From: a bacterium
GTDB lineage: Bacteria; SM23-31
Direction: 5' to 3'
Assembly: GCA_965249485.1 (NCBI GenBank)
Contig: OZ252239.1
Span: 2,368,001 to 2,432,000 of the forward strand
DNA length: 64,000 nt
The position numbers were made by a program, and so were the translations under genes. A model generated the notes under the pieces. The model made no database searches and was not told where the DNA came from. It worked only from the letters and a program-made list of their open reading frames with translations. Shown one piece after another: positions 60,442-64,000 of this stretch (position 1 is its first letter; each line of letters begins with the position of its first letter).

Positions 60442-61368
60442 ATGAGTTGGTTGAATCGAACATTCCTGAACATTTTTTTTTGCTGCAGTGTGCATCGCCA
60501 TAAGCAGTTTGTTTGTTGTGCTGGTATATGCGCATTAGATTACAATGAAAAATTTTACAGGATTATAACTCTGACATTCCGAATATTATTTCCAATGTGT
60601 CTATTATTTATTAGCACAGATGGATTAGGACAAGAAAAGGAAATATCTTACAAACACGACAATGTGCCAATTAGATTTTTCACTATGCTCAGAAATGATT
60701 ACAGCACAATAGCATCATATAATCCAAGCATGAATAGTTTTAATTGGAGAAAAACTGTGTTAGTAGGTAGTACTGTTATTGCTGCTGCGATGATGGAGGA
60801 AAACTTTGCCAGACAGTTTTCCGATGGACAAAACGGGGGTTTTAAAAAGTTTTTTAACAACTTTGAGCCATTCGGAAATGCCAAAAGATTACATTTAGTT
60901 GGAGGTGTAACACTTATTGGCAGTACTATCTTTCAAAAAGAAAAGTTAGCTGATGCGACTTTTACGATGCTTAAAGGACTGCTTCTCACGGAAGTTACTG
61001 TTGTATCGCTAAAATATTTAGTAGGAAGAGCCAGACCAGTTGATTCAAATAGGAATACGATATTCAGACCTGCTAAAGGTAAATACAGCGCTCTACCTTC
61101 GGGACATACAACTAATGCATTCACTGCCGCTTCAATTTTGTCAGAATATTATCCAAGATTACACAACTACTTTTATTCAGCAGCTTTTGCTGTCGGAGCC
61201 CAGAGAATCGTCTCCAATGCACACTGGTTATCTGATGTAATATTAGGAGGAATATTGGGTCATTATTCAGGAAAACTCTTAGCCAATTCACATTTAAAAT
61301 TATTTCCAATTGTTAGTCAAAATGGTGCAGTTAGAGTATCTCTTTCGATACCATTAAATGGAAACTAA
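60442..61368 (+). CDS. PAP2 family phosphatase
   Basis: KYLVGRARP, PSGH and QRIVSNAHWLSD motifs; start uncertain. Confidence 0.88.
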   Translation: MSWLNRTFLNIFFCCSVHRHKQFVCCAGICALDYNEKFYRIITLTFRILFPMCLLFISTDGLGQEKEISYKHDNVPIRFFTMLRNDYSTIASYNPSMNSFNWRKTVLVGSTVIAAAMMEENFARQFSDGQNGGFKKFFNNFEPFGNAKRLHLVGGVTLIGSTIFQKEKLADATFTMLKGLLLTEVTVVSLKYLVGRARPVDSNRNTIFRPAKGKYSALPSGHTTNAFTAASILSEYYPRLHNYFYSAAFAVGAQRIVSNAHWLSDVILGGILGHYSGKLLANSHLKLFPIVSQNGAVRVSLSIPLNGN

Positions 61369-61388
61369 ACTAATTCTATAATTAGAGT

Positions 61389-62396
61389 ATGAATAGTATA
61401 TCAATGCTAATAGTCCAAATAATAGTAGTATCATTATTGCCCGGAACTGTTATGTTACAAGATAAAGGCAATAATTCCATAATCAATGATACTCAAACAT
61501 TCCAGATTAATGCAGGTACAAAATATTTATACCAGAAACCAAAACCATTTGAATTTATAAAAAATGGTCTGATGAATATTGGAACACTGAGTACAATGGC
61601 AGTTCAAAAAGAAAATATGGGTAATCTTGGAATGGTAGCTGCATCAACACTTCTTATGATTTCGCTTGATCAGCAAATTGTTGATGAGGCCAAAAATGCG
61701 GGAAGAAAACTAAATATATCAGGCGATAATTATCTGAAGACATATGTAGCTGTCAATGACTTCCCCATTTTTCAAGGCCCGACAAATTTAGGATCGAGTT
61801 TATATTTTTTGGGTGACGGCTGGACCCACAGCGCCATAGCATTTTCGTTTTTAGGTTTTGGTTTATTTAAGAACGATTACCGCGCATTGCAGACCTTTAA
61901 TCAAATTGCTGAAGGAATGATAGCTACAGGTTCTACAACGCAATTTTTAAAGCATATTACCGGTAGAGAAAGCCCGTTTGTTGCAACAGCTCCGGGAGGA
62001 AAATGGGATTTTTTTCCGGACCAAGTCGAGTATCATAAACATGTTCCCCAATATGATGCCTATCCGTCCGGTCATCTCGCAACAGCAATGATGACATATA
62101 CCGTAATTAAGGAAAACTATCCGGAGAAAAGATATGTACGCCCTATCGGATTAACACTTTTAACTCTATTAAGTTTTCAAATGTTAAATAATGAAGTCCA
62201 CTGGATAAGTGATTATCCATTAGCTCTCATTATGGGATATGCCAGTGCTAAAACAGCAGTAAATAGAGGAAGAAAAGTTGTTACAAACGAAGATAATTCA
62301 AATGATATGGTGAAAAATAATCGAAATAGTCTACATATTCAGCCTCTCTATCATTACGAAAGAGGTTTTGGATTGGCATTACGTTATCAATTCTGA
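61389..62396 (+). CDS. PAP2 family protein with altered phosphate-binding arginines
   Basis: KHITGRESP, PSGH and QMLNNEVHWISD motifs; ends GFGLALRYQF. Confidence 0.85.
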   Translation: MNSISMLIVQIIVVSLLPGTVMLQDKGNNSIINDTQTFQINAGTKYLYQKPKPFEFIKNGLMNIGTLSTMAVQKENMGNLGMVAASTLLMISLDQQIVDEAKNAGRKLNISGDNYLKTYVAVNDFPIFQGPTNLGSSLYFLGDGWTHSAIAFSFLGFGLFKNDYRALQTFNQIAEGMIATGSTTQFLKHITGRESPFVATAPGGKWDFFPDQVEYHKHVPQYDAYPSGHLATAMMTYTVIKENYPEKRYVRPIGLTLLTLLSFQMLNNEVHWISDYPLALIMGYASAKTAVNRGRKVVTNEDNSNDMVKNNRNSLHIQPLYHYERGFGLALRYQF

Positions 62397-62470
62397 ATTT
62401 AAGTGACCGATATTTCAGATTTATGACTAATGTTATTCAATACTATTTACTAATATAAGAGAAAACAATC

Positions 62471-63763
62471 ATGCGATACTCAAAATTATTAGCCAAATCA
62501 TTCATGATCTTGGTAATCTTACTAAATATATTACTCACCAAAATACCTCTCGTTAGTGGACAAGTCTCGGCAGAAAAAACCGGGGATATTGTTCAATTGG
62601 TAATTCCTGGTGTTATTTATAGTATGACATTTTTTAAAGGTAATTCTGATACAAGAAATGCATTTTACAAATCATTTTTTTCAACAGTATTACTTACACA
62701 TATTACTAAACATTCTATTCTGAGGAAAAGACCCGATAGTAGTGATCAGCATTCGTATATGTCGGGGCATTCAGCGGTTGCATTTTCCGGAGCGGCATTC
62801 ATACAAAAACAATATGGATGGAAATGGGGATTACCAGCCTATTTAGCAGCATCATTCGTTGGATGGAGTCGAATCAAAGCAAAAAGACACTATCCGGATG
62901 ATGTGTTGCGAGGAGCCATTTTAGGGATATCATCGACAAATTTAAGTAATTTTATTCGTGTACAAGATGAGACCATGCTATCGCGCACTGCAAAACTTCC
63001 TTATTATTTGAGAGATCGGGGAGAAGGAATGTCTTCGTCTGTAGCTGGTGCATATATATCTAAAGGTCAATTTCTAGTTTCTTCAAATTTTGAATTAAAA
63101 TATGATAAGAACCTGGAATATAAACCTGCAGAATTGGGATATCAATTAGATCAAGATTTGAGAGGTGAAAGTCGTTCTACTAAAGGGATCATGTTTCTGG
63201 GATATGGACTAACAGACAGAATGGTGATTGAATTAAAAACTACAATTTCAAGAAGTAGTTTAAAAAAATCCGGAGATGATCATTCTGCGTTACCTCAAAG
63301 CCTCAAAAATTCAGGTATAGGTTATATTCATAGTCAATTGCGGTGGCGCTGGTCAAAAGAAACCGAAAAGAAACCCGAGTATTTTAATTATTTTGAAACA
63401 GTAATTCCCTCTAAAAATAGTAATAGGGCCGTTGGCATTCGAGAATGGGACATCAAATTTGGTGGAGGCGCAATAAAAGGTTTTAGAATTGGGACTTTTA
63501 CCATCAGAACAGCTGCGAATTATAGTAAATATGATGGTGATGTTGAATTTGGTGAATTTGCAGTTGAATATTTAAAGAAGATATCTCCTCATATTCGTTT
63601 ATTCTCCGCTGTAGGAGGCATACAGGATGAAATTGTGAATATTACAGAAGTGCAATGGCATACAAACAGAAATTTGTATTTTAAGTTCAATAATTCATTT
63701 GGCCTGACTTCAAAAGCAACGGACTTAGCACCTCAGTTTGGTTTGAACTATTTTTTTCGATAA
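62471..63763 (+). CDS. PAP2 (LpxE/LpxF-like) phosphatase fused to a C-terminal beta-barrel-like domain
   Basis: KHSILRKRP, MSGH and SRIKAKRHYPDD motifs; then about 250 aa of amphipathic strands ending QFGLNYFFR. Confidence 0.8.
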   Translation: MRYSKLLAKSFMILVILLNILLTKIPLVSGQVSAEKTGDIVQLVIPGVIYSMTFFKGNSDTRNAFYKSFFSTVLLTHITKHSILRKRPDSSDQHSYMSGHSAVAFSGAAFIQKQYGWKWGLPAYLAASFVGWSRIKAKRHYPDDVLRGAILGISSTNLSNFIRVQDETMLSRTAKLPYYLRDRGEGMSSSVAGAYISKGQFLVSSNFELKYDKNLEYKPAELGYQLDQDLRGESRSTKGIMFLGYGLTDRMVIELKTTISRSSLKKSGDDHSALPQSLKNSGIGYIHSQLRWRWSKETEKKPEYFNYFETVIPSKNSNRAVGIREWDIKFGGGAIKGFRIGTFTIRTAANYSKYDGDVEFGEFAVEYLKKISPHIRLFSAVGGIQDEIVNITEVQWHTNRNLYFKFNNSFGLTSKATDLAPQFGLNYFFR

Positions 63764-63774
63764 TGTCTATAATA

Positions 63775-63807
63775 ACAATATACAATATACAATATACAAT
63801 ATACAAT
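63775..63807 (+). repeat. Heptanucleotide tandem repeat (ACAATAT)4.7
   Basis: ACAATAT x4 + ACAAT, 11 nt after the stop of the last PAP2 gene. Confidence 0.9.
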
Positions 63808-64000
63808 TTTTACGATGCGATAGAAATGAGTATCTAATTGATTTACTTTACCGTTTCTGCAATATAGTATTTTCCAATTCTCAGTGTTGATGTAAAAAAA
63901 TTAAGACAAACAACGTGCCTTTCCTTCATTTGAAATGTGAACTTGACAATTTACCTAATAATATGTATCGGTCAAGAGATTTTTAAAATTAATGAAAAGG

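Noticed and set aside
60545..60556. Out-of-frame ATG-A5 that would give a clean MKKFYR signal peptide with one more A (phase variation)
   Set aside because: The run is only 5 nt, there is no SD, and an in-frame upstream ATG exists. Cannot be supported without reads or homologs.
1..64000. CRISPR array, transposase, integrase, prophage or defence genes
   Set aside because: No repeat-spacer periodicity or matching protein motifs were seen.

Overview
AT-rich bacterial genomic window from an FCB-group-like organism outside Bacteroidota. This is inferred from sigma70-type TTGACA-N17-TANNNT promoters, strong SD sites, a 'YPNPFNP' T9SS-A/FlgD-type C-terminal domain, and Gln at +1 of most signal peptides, which fit KSB1, Latescibacterota or Marinimicrobia. 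It is dominated by secreted peptidases and hydrolases (M24 x2, M14, M28, DUF885, amidohydrolase x2, GH43, a GH67/GH115-like protein, CBM9/DUF5916 x2). It also has a five-gene GT-C/epimerase/GT2/AsnB glycosylation operon, a GMC dehydrogenase pair, and a two-component system followed by three tandem PAP2 genes. The best candidate for a new system is at 32.5-39.0 kb: an exosortase (Cys/Arg/His) with a partner membrane protein, divergent from a large T9SS-CTD beta-propeller surface protein and a co-transcribed 66-aa protein made almost only of a signal peptide, a Pro-rich linker and a PIPWG-type C-terminal sorting signal. Also notable are four in-frame stops without frameshifts in three genes at 26-34 kb, a terminator/antiterminator RNA leader with OmpR/PmrA-like repeats upstream of the PAP2 triplet, and a TPR sensor whose only output is a small CxxC..CxxC 'CKKIRDD' domain. 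I saw no rRNA, tRNA, CRISPR array or transposase. All calls are by eye; no searches were run.
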